A stretch of 64,000 nt of DNA from Clostridium sp. (GCF_030532265.1 NZ_JAUNLM010000002.1:69558-133557), one strand, 5' to 3'; shown: positions 8,238-18,746, counted from the first letter of the stretch. Notes: a model not told the origin generated them from the letters alone. Program-made: numbers and translations.

Positions 8238-11200
8238 ATGTACAAAAAAGTAGAACTTACAAATGGTTTTGTAGGTATGGAAAAAGAAGTAGCTGACCTT
8301 TGGAAAGCTAGAAATGTAATTAAAAGAAATTTTGACATGAATCAAGATGGTGAATATTTTACTTTTTATGATGGACCTCCAACAGCAAATGGAAGACCTC
8401 ATGTAGGACATATTTTAACTAGAGTTATGAAGGATATAATCCCAAGATATAAAGTTATGAAGGGATTTAAAGTTATAAGAAAGGCTGGTTGGGATACTCA
8501 CGGATTACCAGTTGAGCTTGAAATAGAAAAGAAACTTGGAATTTCAGGTAAAGAGCAAATAGAAGAATACGGAGTAGAAAAATTCGTTAAAGAATGTAAA
8601 GAAAGTGTTTTCACATATGTTAACATGTGGGAAAAAATGACTGATAAAATTGGTTACTGGGTTGACATGGAACACCCATATGTAACATATCATAATCCAT
8701 ACATTGAATCAGTATGGTGGGCATTAAAACAAATGTGGGATAAAGATCTTTTATATAAAGGTCATAAAGTTATGCCATATTGTCCAAGATGTGGAACAGG
8801 TCTTTCATCACACGAAGTATCACAAGGATATAAAGATGTTAAGGATTTAACTGCAGTTGCTAAATTTAAAGTAGCTGGAGAAGAAAATAAATATATACTA
8901 GCTTGGACAACAACTCCTTGGACATTACCTTCAAACGTAGCATTATGTTTAAATAAATCATATGATTATATTGAAGCTAAGGTTGGAGATGAAACGTATA
9001 TTTTAGCTAAAGAGTTAGCACCAAAAGTACTTGGTGAAGAATTTGAAGTAATTAAAGAATTTAAGGGTGCAGATATTTTAGGAATGAAATATGAGCAATT
9101 ATTACCATTCCACAAGCCGGAAGGTAAAGCATTTGAAGTAATTCATGGAGATTTTGTAACTCTTACAGATGGTACAGGAATAGTTCACATAGCACCAGCT
9201 TATGGTGAAGATGATAACTTAGTTGCTAAAAAGAATAATATGGCATTTATAAATTTAGTTGATGCAGAAGGTAAGTTCGTTGCTGAAGTAACACCTTGGG
9301 CTGGAAAATTTGTTAAAAAGTGCGATCAAGCAATTTGTGATTACTTAAAAGAAGAAAATAAATTATTTAAAGCTGAAAAGCATACACACTCATATCCACA
9401 TTGTTGGAGATGTGATACTCCACTTCTTTACTATCCAAAGGATAGTTGGTTTGTTGCTATGACAACTTTAAGAGATAAGTTATTAGCTAATAACGATAAA
9501 ATAAATTGGTTACCAGATAATATTAGAACAGGAAGATTTGGTAAGTTCTTAGAAAATGTTATAGACTGGGGTATTTCAAGAGATAGATATTGGGGAACTC
9601 CACTTCCAATTTGGGAATGTGAATGCGGACATAGAGAATGTATTGGAAGCATTGCTGAATTAAAGGAAAAAGGAATAGATGTTCCAGAAGATATAGAATT
9701 ACACAAACCATTTATAGATAGAGTTGAATTAACTTGTAGCCATTGCGGTAAAAAAATGAAGAGAACTCACGAAGTTATTGACTGTTGGTTTGATTCAGGA
9801 TCAATGCCATTTGCTCAACTTCATTATCCATTTGAGAATAAGGAATTATTTGATCAAAATTTCCCAGCTCAATTTATATCAGAAGCTGTTGACCAAACAA
9901 GAGGATGGTTCTATACATTACTTGCAATTTCAACTGCAATATTTGATAGAAATCCATTTGAAAACTGTATAGTTTTAGGTCACGTCCTTGATAAAAAAGG
10001 ATTAAAGATGAGTAAATCAAAAGGTAATGTTGTAGATCCATTCGATGTACTTGATGCACAAGGTGCAGATGCTACAAGATGGCATTTCTATACTGCAAGT
10101 GCACCATGGCTTCCAACTAGATTCTCAATAGATGATGTTGCAGAAGCTTCAAGAAAGTTCTTAAGCACATTATGGAACGTATATTCATTCTATGTACTAT
10201 ATGCTGACTTAGATAAATTTAATCCAACTAAATATGCTGATTTTGAGTCAGATAATGTAATGGATAAATGGATACTTTCAAAATTAAATACATTGATTAA
10301 AACTGTTGAGACTGGATTAGACGAATACAATATAACAGGTTCAGCTCTTGCGATTGAAGAGTTTACAGATGAATTATCAAACTGGTATGTAAGAAGAAAT
10401 AGAGCAAGATTCTGGTCAGCAGAATTAACTGATGATAAGATTGGAGCTTATGTAACATTAAATAAAGTACTTGTTACTTTAGCTAAAGTTGCAGCACCAT
10501 TTGTTCCATTTATAACAGAAGAAATTTATCAAAACTTAGTTGTTAATATGGATGAAAATGCTCCAGAAAGCATACATTTATGTTCTTGGCCAAAGGCTGA
10601 TGAATCAGCTATAAATAAAGAACTAGAAAAGGAAATGGATTTAGCTTATACAATAGTTAAGCTTGGAAGAAGTGCAAGAAATGGAGCTAACGTTAAGAAT
10701 AGACAGCCACTTTCAAAAATACTTGTTTCAACAAAATCACTTCCAGAATATTATGGTGATATTATAGCTAATGAACTTAACATAAAAGAAATTGAGTTTG
10801 GAGCAGACCTTTCAAAATATGTTAATTTTGAAATAAAACCTAATTTACCGGTTTTAGGAAGAAAATTTGGTAAATTAATACCTGGAATAAGAAAAGAAAT
10901 AGCTTCAAGAAATCAAATGGAACTTGCTCAAAAAATCCAAAATGGTGGAGTTGAAGTTATAAATGTAGATGGAACAGAGATACCTTTAGATGCAGAAAGT
11001 GTTCTTGTAACTATGCAAGGTTTAGAAGGATTTGCTTTTGCTGGAGAAGGAGATACTGGTGTTGTTCTTGATACTCATATAACTGAAGAGTTAAGAGAAG
11101 AAGGTCATGTAAGAGAAATGATTTCAAAAATCCAAAACATGAGAAAAGAAAAAGGATTTGAAGTTGCGGATAATATAAATCTTTATGTTGCAAATAATGA

Positions 11201-11348
11201 TATGTTAATTGATGTAATTAAAAAGTTTGAAGATACTATTAAAAAGGAAACTTTAACAAAAGATATAGTATTTAATGGAGAATTTGATTATACAGAAGTA
11301 ACTATAAACGGTGAAAAACTAGATATGACTGTAGAAGTTGTAAAATAA
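8238..11348 (+). CDS. ileS: Isoleucyl-tRNA synthetase, long type-2 (eukaryote-like) form
   Basis: 1036 aa from ATG 8238 (AAAGGAG RBS). HIGH = PHVGH, KMSKS = KMSKS, editing-domain and CPRCGT/CWRCDT knuckles, no C-terminal Cys cluster. The ORF-track start at 8127 lies inside the T-box. Confidence 0.95.
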   Translation: MYKKVELTNGFVGMEKEVADLWKARNVIKRNFDMNQDGEYFTFYDGPPTANGRPHVGHILTRVMKDIIPRYKVMKGFKVIRKAGWDTHGLPVELEIEKKLGISGKEQIEEYGVEKFVKECKESVFTYVNMWEKMTDKIGYWVDMEHPYVTYHNPYIESVWWALKQMWDKDLLYKGHKVMPYCPRCGTGLSSHEVSQGYKDVKDLTAVAKFKVAGEENKYILAWTTTPWTLPSNVALCLNKSYDYIEAKVGDETYILAKELAPKVLGEEFEVIKEFKGADILGMKYEQLLPFHKPEGKAFEVIHGDFVTLTDGTGIVHIAPAYGEDDNLVAKKNNMAFINLVDAEGKFVAEVTPWAGKFVKKCDQAICDYLKEENKLFKAEKHTHSYPHCWRCDTPLLYYPKDSWFVAMTTLRDKLLANNDKINWLPDNIRTGRFGKFLENVIDWGISRDRYWGTPLPIWECECGHRECIGSIAELKEKGIDVPEDIELHKPFIDRVELTCSHCGKKMKRTHEVIDCWFDSGSMPFAQLHYPFENKELFDQNFPAQFISEAVDQTRGWFYTLLAISTAIFDRNPFENCIVLGHVLDKKGLKMSKSKGNVVDPFDVLDAQGADATRWHFYTASAPWLPTRFSIDDVAEASRKFLSTLWNVYSFYVLYADLDKFNPTKYADFESDNVMDKWILSKLNTLIKTVETGLDEYNITGSALAIEEFTDELSNWYVRRNRARFWSAELTDDKIGAYVTLNKVLVTLAKVAAPFVPFITEEIYQNLVVNMDENAPESIHLCSWPKADESAINKELEKEMDLAYTIVKLGRSARNGANVKNRQPLSKILVSTKSLPEYYGDIIANELNIKEIEFGADLSKYVNFEIKPNLPVLGRKFGKLIPGIRKEIASRNQMELAQKIQNGGVEVINVDGTEIPLDAESVLVTMQGLEGFAFAGEGDTGVVLDTHITEELREEGHVREMISKIQNMRKEKGFEVADNINLYVANNDMLIDVIKKFEDTIKKETLTKDIVFNGEFDYTEVTINGEKLDMTVEVVK

Positions 11349-11360
11349 AATATTAAAAAA

Positions 11361-11391
11361 GCTAGAAAGTTAATGCTTTCTAGTTTTTTTT
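11361..11391 (+). terminator. Intrinsic terminator after ileS
   Basis: CTAGAAAG/CTTTCTAG stem followed by T8. Confidence 0.8.
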
Positions 11392-11511
11392 ATTTATTAA
11401 TATATATTTACATAATTTTTAGAGAAACTATAATTAAAGAAGGGGTTTTCTTGAAATAAAGCGAATATATTAGTATAATAAATTATCAAATATGATTAGG
11501 AGTGATAAATT

Positions 11512-12510
11512 ATGGCTACTTCTATTAAGGATGTTGCAAGAGAAGCTGGGGTTTCAATTGCTACAGTTTCAAGAGTTTTAAATGACATAGATGTTGTGAA
11601 TGAAGACACAAAAAAGAAGGTTTTAGATGCTATAAAGAAATTAGGATATAGACCTAATATAGTTGCAAGAAGTTTAAAAACGCAAAGAACAAAAACAATA
11701 GGAATATTAATACCTGATATATCAAGTCAATTCTATCCAGAGATAGTAAGAGGAGCTGAAGATGTATCTAATATATATGATTACAATATAATACTTGGAA
11801 ATTCTGACTTTGATGTAGAGAAGGAAAAAGAATATTTAAGAGTATTAAAAGAAAAGATGGTTGATGGAGTAATCTATATGAGTAGTTCATTACAAGATGA
11901 AATTTTAGATTTAATAAATGAGTTAGATTTAAAAACAATTCTTGTTGAAACTAAAGATAAAGAAGGAAAATTACCTAGTGTAACTATTGATAATATAGAA
12001 GCTGCATATGATGCAACAAAATATTTAATAAATAAAGATTTAAAAAATATTGCTTTTGTAGGTCTTGATAAAGATGAAATGAATGCATGGAGCGATAGAT
12101 ACATAGGTTATGAAAAAGCTATAACTGAGTCAGGGGAAAAGTTAAATGAAGAATTAATTCATTTATCAGGGCTTAAAGTTAAGTGTGGATATGAAGCGGC
12201 TGAAAAGTTTATAAAATCTGATTATAAGGTAGAAGGTATAATATGTGCTACAGATGAGTTAGCAATGGGAGTTATAAACGGATTAAGAGATAATGGAATA
12301 AGAGTTCCTGAAGATGTTAGTGTTATGGGATTTAATAATAATTTTGTTGGAGAAATATTCTATCCAAAACTTACAACTATGAATCAACCAAGTTATGATA
12401 TGGGTTCAGTTGCAATGAGAATGCTAATAAAACTTCTTAACAAACAAGAGTTAGAACAAGCACACTATGTTTTACCACATAACATAATCGAAAGAAATAG
12501 TGTAAAATAA
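11512..12510 (+). CDS. ccpA: LacI-family regulator, CcpA-like
   Basis: 332 aa. HTH IKDVAREAGVSIATVSRVLN. IPDISSQFYPEIVRGAEDV..YNIILGNSD closely parallels B. subtilis CcpA (IPDISSIFYSELARGIEDI..YNIILSNSD). Orthology not proven. Confidence 0.55.
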   Translation: MATSIKDVAREAGVSIATVSRVLNDIDVVNEDTKKKVLDAIKKLGYRPNIVARSLKTQRTKTIGILIPDISSQFYPEIVRGAEDVSNIYDYNIILGNSDFDVEKEKEYLRVLKEKMVDGVIYMSSSLQDEILDLINELDLKTILVETKDKEGKLPSVTIDNIEAAYDATKYLINKDLKNIAFVGLDKDEMNAWSDRYIGYEKAITESGEKLNEELIHLSGLKVKCGYEAAEKFIKSDYKVEGIICATDELAMGVINGLRDNGIRVPEDVSVMGFNNNFVGEIFYPKLTTMNQPSYDMGSVAMRMLIKLLNKQELEQAHYVLPHNIIERNSVK

Positions 12511-12645
12511 TATATGATGATTTAAATGAGCTATCAAAAGATAGCTTATTTTTTATAAAAAATTTATGCTTTTATTTAGTTCTGATAAAAATTTAAGTTT
12601 ATGATATAGTATATTTATGAAAAATGAAGGGAGGATATAATTTTA

Positions 12646-13092
12646 GTGAAAAAAAGATATATAATAGCTATTATTTTAGTTATTGTAATAGGAGTTTTTT
12701 CTTTTTTTATTTATAAAAAATATGAGGAAAAACATAAATATGATTCTATAAAGTATGGTAGAGCTGAATATGTAACTAGTATGAATGAAATCAATAAGTC
12801 ACTTCCAACTATAATACTTTTTAAAAGTGTTATGTCAGAGCATAGTTTTGATGCAGAAAAAAATCTTAAGTTGTTACATGATAAATATGGAAATCAATTT
12901 AATATAGTTCATGCAAGTGCAGATAGTTTGGATAATGATGAAGCAGTAAATCTTGCAAAAAAATATAATGTTACAGGAGTTCCAACTTTTGTAGCATTAG
13001 ATAAGAACTGCAATTTAATAGAAAAAAAAGAAAATGTTTATTCAGAAAAAGCTATAAAAATTATACTTAAAGATATGGGAGTAAATATATAA
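12646..13092 (+). CDS. Membrane-anchored thioredoxin-fold protein lacking the CxxC pair
   Basis: GTG start 10 nt after GGGAGGA. N-terminal TM helix and cis-Pro loop TGVPTF. The position of WCxxC reads VMSEHS. Confidence 0.6.
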   Translation: MKKRYIIAIILVIVIGVFSFFIYKKYEEKHKYDSIKYGRAEYVTSMNEINKSLPTIILFKSVMSEHSFDAEKNLKLLHDKYGNQFNIVHASADSLDNDEAVNLAKKYNVTGVPTFVALDKNCNLIEKKENVYSEKAIKIILKDMGVNI

Positions 13093-13109
13093 TATTAGGA
13101 GGGGAATAT

Positions 13110-14486
13110 ATGAATAAGCAAAAAAGACTTGGGGAAGAAAAGATATCGAAATTATTAAGAATATTTTCAGTGCCTGCAATAGTAGGTATGATAGTAAATA
13201 CTTTATATAACATTATTGATAGAATGTATATAGGTAATATAAAGGGTGTGGGTCAACTTGCCATAACAGGTGTAGGGATTACTATGCCTATAATGACTAT
13301 AATATTAGCTTTTGGTATGTTAGTTGGAATTGGAACTGCAGCAAGAGTTTCTTTAAAGCTTGGAGAGCATAATAAAGAATCTGCAGAAAAACATTTAGGA
13401 AATGCATTTACATTAATAGTTATAATAAGTATTTTAATTACTATAATAGGATTAATATTTTTAAATCCGATATTAAGAGTGTTTGGTACCAGTAATGCTA
13501 CTGAAATATATGCAAGAGAGTATATGCAAATAATATTTGTTGGAACTATAGTAAGCATGCTAAGTTTTGGATTAAATCACTCTATAAGAAGTGATGGAAA
13601 TCCTAAAATAGCAATGTTTTCAATGCTTATTGGAGCTTTAACAAATATAATATTAGATCCTATTTTCATATTTGCTTTAGGAATGGGAGTTAAGGGAGCT
13701 GCTATAGCAACTGTAATTTCTCAAACAGTTACAACTATATGGATATTATATTATTTTACAAAGGGTTCTAGCATAATAAAGTTAAAATTATGTAATTTAA
13801 GACTTGATAAGGCTATAATTATTAGTATTTTTTCAATAGGAATGAGTCCTTTTAGTATGCAAGTAGCTGCAAGTATAGTCCAAGTTCTAGCAAATAATTC
13901 ATTAAAAGAATATGGTGGAGACCTTGCAATTGGAGCTATGACAATCGTTTCAAGCATTTCTATGATATTCTTAATGCCTATATTTGGATTAAATCAAGGT
14001 TCACAACCTATAATAGGGTACAATTATGGAGCTAAAAAATATCATAGAGTAAAGGAAACTGTAAAATATGGGTCAATAATTGCAACTATAATAGTTGTTT
14101 GTGGATGGCTTGTAGTACAATTAACCCCAGAAGTTTTAATTAAAATATTTAACAGTGACCCAAATCTTGTTAATATAGCTAAAAATGGTATAAGAATTTA
14201 CTTATTTATGTTACCAGTTATAGGATTTCAAATAATAAGTTCAAATTATTTTCAATCAATTGGTAAGGCTAAAATATCAATGTTTTTAAGTCTTCTTAGA
14301 CAGGTTATATTACTTATACCTTGTCTTTTAATTCTTCCAAAAATATTTGGATTAAATGGAATATGGCTTTCAGGAGCTATAAGTGATGGATTTTCATCAC
14401 TTATAACAGGAATTCTTTTTTATAATTCTGTTAAAAAATTAAAAGAAGTAGATGAGGTTAATAAAATAGCATCAGAAATTAATTAA
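13110..14486 (+). CDS. MATE-family efflux transporter
   Basis: 458 aa, 12 predicted TM segments, typical MATE N-terminus (LLRIFSVPAIVGMIVNTLYNIIDRMYIG). Confidence 0.85.
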   Translation: MNKQKRLGEEKISKLLRIFSVPAIVGMIVNTLYNIIDRMYIGNIKGVGQLAITGVGITMPIMTIILAFGMLVGIGTAARVSLKLGEHNKESAEKHLGNAFTLIVIISILITIIGLIFLNPILRVFGTSNATEIYAREYMQIIFVGTIVSMLSFGLNHSIRSDGNPKIAMFSMLIGALTNIILDPIFIFALGMGVKGAAIATVISQTVTTIWILYYFTKGSSIIKLKLCNLRLDKAIIISIFSIGMSPFSMQVAASIVQVLANNSLKEYGGDLAIGAMTIVSSISMIFLMPIFGLNQGSQPIIGYNYGAKKYHRVKETVKYGSIIATIIVVCGWLVVQLTPEVLIKIFNSDPNLVNIAKNGIRIYLFMLPVIGFQIISSNYFQSIGKAKISMFLSLLRQVILLIPCLLILPKIFGLNGIWLSGAISDGFSSLITGILFYNSVKKLKEVDEVNKIASEIN

Positions 14487-14516
14487 AAAGTGACTTTAAA
14501 TGTCACTTTTTTTATT
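14486..14516 (+). terminator. Intrinsic terminator
   Basis: AAAAAGTGAC/GTCACTTTTTT hairpin with a T-run. Confidence 0.75.
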
Positions 14517-14598
14517 TTGATGTAACAATAGTTACAAACATAATTTTAAGGTTAATATATAATAAAAGCATAGTATATTTTAATATGGAGGATTAAAT

Positions 14599-15285
14599 AT
14601 GAGCAATATGGTAAATGGTATACCTAATATGGTAAGTGGAACTCATTATGGTAATCTTCAGAAGGTTAGAAATGGTAAGAGAACTTTTGGAATAACACCA
14701 CATATTCCAGGAGGTTTTATAACTATAGAAAATTTAGAGAAGATAACTAATGTAGCAAAAAAATATAATGGTGTAATTAAAATAACATCAGGTCAAAGAA
14801 TTTTAATAACAAACCTTAATGGAGAAGATTTGCCTAAAATATGGAAAGAACTTGGAATGGAACCAGCTGTTAGAAAGCAAAATTCGGTTAAAAATGTTGA
14901 AATGTGTCCAGCTGGTTATTGTAAAAGATCAAAGTTTAATACTATAAGTACTGGAATGAAGTTACTTAATAAATATCAGAATATGGATATGCCTTGTAGA
15001 ACAAAAATTGGAGTTGCAGGATGTAAAAATGCATGCGGTAGTGTATATTCAAAAGATATTGGAATAATTGCAGATAAAACAGGATTTTTAGTTACAGCTG
15101 GTGGGTCAGCAGGCTATAATCCAAGATTGGCTGATATAATAATTCAAGATGTTTCTGAAGATGAGGCTTTAAAAATAGTAGATAATATTTTTAAAGTTTA
15201 TAAGTCACTAGGAGAAGCAGGAGAAAAACTTGGAGATTTTATTGAGAGAATAGGAATAGATAATTTTAAGGAAAAGGTTTTATAA
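14599..15285 (+). CDS. Small (228 aa) nitrite/sulfite-reductase-fold protein, low-molecular-weight assimilatory-type sulfite reductase-like
   Basis: Ferredoxin-like half-domain (GGFITIENLEKI..ITSGQRILI) followed by the siroheme/[4Fe-4S] Cys pattern CPAGYC...GCKNAC. Confidence 0.6.
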   Translation: MSNMVNGIPNMVSGTHYGNLQKVRNGKRTFGITPHIPGGFITIENLEKITNVAKKYNGVIKITSGQRILITNLNGEDLPKIWKELGMEPAVRKQNSVKNVEMCPAGYCKRSKFNTISTGMKLLNKYQNMDMPCRTKIGVAGCKNACGSVYSKDIGIIADKTGFLVTAGGSAGYNPRLADIIIQDVSEDEALKIVDNIFKVYKSLGEAGEKLGDFIERIGIDNFKEKVL

Positions 15286-15295
15286 TATAAAAAAT

Positions 15296-15350
15296 AAGAA
15301 GGCTGTAGAAATAATCAATGAATGATTACTTTTACGGTCTTCTTGCTTTT
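15296..15350. terminator. Hairpin between convergent genes
   Basis: AAGAAGGCTGTA / TACGGTCTTCTT arms (two G-U pairs) with an inner AATCA/TGATT stem, followed by GCTTTT. Confidence 0.45.
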
Positions 15351-15354
15351 AAAA

Positions 15355-15624
15355 TTAATGATGTTTATTTTGGTATGCGTGTTTAATTTTTGAAAAGCCG
15401 TTTAAAGATAAAACTTTACATACTGATTTAATTAATTCTTTTCTTTCTGCAGCTCTACAATCGTCAGTTGTAACATCTAAAACATTTTTAACGTCTGTAA
15501 CTAAGGAATCTAAATCTCCAGTCGTTATTGAAAAATTAGCATCCATAGCAGCGCTTAATATACTATGCCTTATTTTTTCATCATCAAATGGAACAACTTT
15601 ATCGTTTTTATTTACTATTTCCAT
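15355..15624 (-). CDS. Stand-alone ATP-cone domain protein
   Basis: 89 aa. KVVPFDDEKIRHSILSAA matches the ATP-cone N-terminal signature also seen in NrdD in this window (REVEFNSEKIVNAIKKAA). AAGGTGG RBS. Confidence 0.65.
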   Translation of the reverse strand: MEIVNKNDKVVPFDDEKIRHSILSAAMDANFSITTGDLDSLVTDVKNVLDVTTDDCRAAERKELIKSVCKVLSLNGFSKIKHAYQNKHH

Positions 15625-15656
15625 TTAAATTACCACCTTTCATATAAATTTTAAAC

Positions 15657-15686
15657 AAATAAAAGAAGCTTAAATAAATAAGCTTC
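15657..15686 (-). terminator. Intrinsic terminator after the 61-aa gene
   Basis: GAAGCTTA/TAAGCTTC stem with a T-run on the minus strand. Confidence 0.6.
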
Positions 15687-15717
15687 CATTGTTATCTTAA
15701 CCTAATAAAATTAATTA

Positions 15718-15903
15718 TTAAAGGATACCTTCTGTTTTAAGAATATCTTCTAATTGTTGAAGTTTATTATTTAAAGATAAGAATTTTTCTTTTATATCAT
15801 CTCTTGATATTTCATCTTTATCGATACCTTCTTCTAAGGCTTCTACAGTTTTTAATGCTTCATCAATATCTTGTTGAACTAATTTAAGATTTTCTTCTCT
15901 CAT
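15718..15903 (-). CDS. 61-aa acidic coiled-coil protein, unknown function
   Basis: AAGGAG RBS 8 nt upstream. Heptad-like, Glu/Lys/Leu-rich. Has its own terminator. Confidence 0.55.
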   Translation of the reverse strand: MREENLKLVQQDIDEALKTVEALEEGIDKDEISRDDIKEKFLSLNNKLQQLEDILKTEGIL

Positions 15904-16025
15904 ATAAGATTCTCCTTTGGTATATCTTTTTAAAATTATGTTTATACTTTAATCCTATCACTACTAAAACTGTTGTGCAAGGCATATATTTAACTGTTAA
16001 CAATAGTTATTTTATGGAGGAATGA

Positions 16026-16601
16026 ATGATTAATTATATTTGGTTTGCAATGATATTTTTTGGAATAATTTTTGCTTTATTCACTGGAAATGGAGATAAA
16101 ATAACTGAAGCAATAGTTTTAGGAAGTGAAAGTACAGTTTCTTTTTTAATTGAACTTGTAGGAATAATGTGCTTTTGGTGTGGAGTAATGAAAATAGCTG
16201 AAAAGAGTGGCCTTACAGCACAAATTGCAAGAATTTTAAGACCTTTATTAAAGAAACTTTTTAAAGAAGCAGCAACAGATGAAAAGGCACTTGGTGCAAT
16301 TGTTATGAACTTAACTGCTAATATGATGGGACTTTCAAATGCAGCAACTCCTTTTGGAATAAAAGCTATGGAAGAAATGGATAGATTAAATAAAAAAAGC
16401 AGTGTTGCATCAAATGATATGGCTTTGTTTTTAGTTATGAATGCAGCTTGCATACAATTAGTTCCTACAACTGTAATATCTATAAGAGCAGCAGCGAATT
16501 CTGTAAATCCAGGAATAATAATATTACCTGCAATTATATCAACAACCATAGCTGCAATAGTTGGGGTTGTATGTTGCAAAATACTACAAAGATATTTTTA
16601 G
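16026..16601 (+). CDS. spmA: Spore maturation protein A (nucleoside-recognition/Gate domain)
   Basis: 191-aa membrane protein starting MINYIWFAMIFFGI. Paired with spmB immediately downstream. Confidence 0.8.
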   Translation: MINYIWFAMIFFGIIFALFTGNGDKITEAIVLGSESTVSFLIELVGIMCFWCGVMKIAEKSGLTAQIARILRPLLKKLFKEAATDEKALGAIVMNLTANMMGLSNAATPFGIKAMEEMDRLNKKSSVASNDMALFLVMNAACIQLVPTTVISIRAAANSVNPGIIILPAIISTTIAAIVGVVCCKILQRYF

Positions 16602-16616
16602 GTAGGGGGTTTTAAT

Positions 16617-17141
16617 ATGTTTTCATATATTACAAAAAGTATTATTCCTATAATAGTTGTTATAATACTTTTTTATGGAATGATTAAAGGGAGAAAAGTG
16701 TATGAGTGGTTTATAGAAGGAGCTAAAGAAGGTTTATTTGTATGTATGAGAATTTTTCCGTATCTTTTGGCTATGATTGTAGCTGTACAAATATTTAAAG
16801 GTGCAAATCTTTTGGAGTTAGTAAATAATATAATTTCACCACTTTCTAGAGCTATAGGATTACCAGAAGAAGTAGTTCCTTTGGTTCTTATAAAACCAAT
16901 ATCAGGTAGTGGAGCAGTGGGTATGTTTACTGAAATTATTAAAACATATGGGGCAGATACATTTATAGGGCTTGTAGCATCTGTAATTATGGGAACAACG
17001 GAAACTATATTTTATACTATAACTGTATATTATGGAGCTGCAAAAATTAAAAAAATAAGGCATACATTGTGGGCAGCTGTAATTGCAGATATAACAGCTA
17101 TAATTGCTGCTATTACTGTTGTTAATTGGATAATACTATAA
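16617..17141 (+). CDS. spmB: Spore maturation protein B
   Basis: 174-aa membrane protein. PISGSGAVGM motif. Follows spmA after a 15-nt gap. Confidence 0.8.
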   Translation: MFSYITKSIIPIIVVIILFYGMIKGRKVYEWFIEGAKEGLFVCMRIFPYLLAMIVAVQIFKGANLLELVNNIISPLSRAIGLPEEVVPLVLIKPISGSGAVGMFTEIIKTYGADTFIGLVASVIMGTTETIFYTITVYYGAAKIKKIRHTLWAAVIADITAIIAAITVVNWIIL

Positions 17142-17347
17142 TGTAGTATGTTTTAAATTTTTAATATTATCTTTAAGAAAACTTTTATTGTTAATAAATT
17201 TTAAAATATAATTTTATTAACATATATTTAGACTTAATATACAATAATTATAAATAATAATTACTTTGAATAAAAAATTGTATAATTTAATTGAAGAATA
17301 AAAAGGAATCTTAAATTAATATATTCAAGATTCCTTATTTTATAAAA

Positions 17348-18511
17348 TTATTTATTTTCTTTAAATTTAAATTTATTAACTATTAATGCAATTGCATTAT
17401 CACCTGATACATTACAAGCTGTTCCAAAACTATCTTGAGCAATATAAAGAGCAATCATTAATGCAAGTTGTGCATCATTAAAGCCTAAGTTAGTTTGTAA
17501 TACACCAAGAGCTGCCATGACAGCACCACCAGGAACACCAGGGGCTGCAATCATAGTAACACCTAACATTGCTATAAATCCAAAAAATTGTGGAAAATTA
17601 AAAGGCATTCCATTAAGTAACATTACTGCAATTGAACAACAAGTTAAAGTAATAGTACTACCAGATAAATGGATTGTAGCACAAAGAGGTATAACAAATT
17701 CTCTAACACCTTTAGAAACTCCATTTTTTTCTGCAACTTCAAGGTTTACTGGTATTGTAGCAGCTGAAGATTGTGTTCCAAGAGCTGTTAAATAACCAGA
17801 TAATTGATTTTTCATTAAAGTAAAAATATTTTTTTTGTTTAAAGCTCCAGCAATTGTAAATTGAGATGATATAACAAAAAAGTGTAGAGCTAATATTATT
17901 AAAAATACTTTCCAAAATACTGAGAATATAGATTGAACCTGACCTGTATAAGTCATATTTGCAAATATTCCTAATATATGAAAAGGAATTAAAGGAATAA
18001 TTATAGCATTGATAACTTTTTGAATAATTTCTTGAAATTCTAATGATGCATTATATAAAGTACGACCTTTTATATAAGCTATACCAAGTCCAAGTAAAAA
18101 AGCAATAAGCAATGCAGTTGTAACTGACATAACAGGTGGCATATCAACTACAAATAATGGTTTAAGTAAACTATGTTCAGGATTATTTGCAGTAAAACTT
18201 AAGGATTCCTTAACGAATTTTGGAAATAAATTTGAAGCAACAAAAAATGCTAATAAACCTGAAAGTAATGTTGATAAATAAGCTAATAAAGTTGTAAGTC
18301 CTAGCATTTTTCCTGCTGATTTACCTAAGTCTGCAATACCTGATACAATAAATCCTATTATTATAAGTGGTATTATAAAACCAAGAAAGTTTCCAAAGAT
18401 AGAATTAAAAGTTGCCAATAATCTTATGAAATTTTCCGGCATAAATTTACCGAATATGAGACCAAATATAATTGCTAATATTAATTTTGGAATAAGTCCT
18501 AAATTTCTCAA
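17348..18511 (-). CDS. Dicarboxylate/amino acid:cation symporter family transporter, SstT-like (Ser/Thr)
   Basis: DAACS-type membrane protein. Start re-called to TTG 18511, 6 nt after AGGAGGG. The ORF-track start at 18532 would put the RBS inside the coding region. Confidence 0.7.
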   Translation of the reverse strand: MRNLGLIPKLILAIIFGLIFGKFMPENFIRLLATFNSIFGNFLGFIIPLIIIGFIVSGIADLGKSAGKMLGLTTLLAYLSTLLSGLLAFFVASNLFPKFVKESLSFTANNPEHSLLKPLFVVDMPPVMSVTTALLIAFLLGLGIAYIKGRTLYNASLEFQEIIQKVINAIIIPLIPFHILGIFANMTYTGQVQSIFSVFWKVFLIILALHFFVISSQFTIAGALNKKNIFTLMKNQLSGYLTALGTQSSAATIPVNLEVAEKNGVSKGVREFVIPLCATIHLSGSTITLTCCSIAVMLLNGMPFNFPQFFGFIAMLGVTMIAAPGVPGGAVMAALGVLQTNLGFNDAQLALMIALYIAQDSFGTACNVSGDNAIALIVNKFKFKENK

Positions 18512-18746
18512 ATGTATCCCTCCTGTGGACAAGTGTATTTTGTATGTATTATAATAGTATAAAGTTGAATTTGTCTATTTATTTATTAGTTGGGGCAATA
18601 AAATAGAGTAAATGATTAATATGAGGAGAAAAACAACACTTACATATTATAATGGATAATATGCTCTAAATTCCAAATAATAATCATAAATTTAATTATG
18701 ATTAAAATACACAAATTAAAATTTGTCTTTAGATTGGGGGGGTTAT

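Noticed and set aside
16034-16579. Long antisense ORFs inside real genes could have been overlapping genes. Examples: 16034-16579 opposite spmA, 25699-26223 opposite metG, 27192-27599 opposite the MetRS paralog, 3466-3807, 13253-13558, 42361-42714, 52316-52624.
   Set aside because: They are shadow ORFs typical of AT-rich, GC3-poor coding DNA. They have no RBS, low-complexity Ile/Leu/Ser/Phe-rich products, and sit fully nested opposite genes with clear homology-type motifs.
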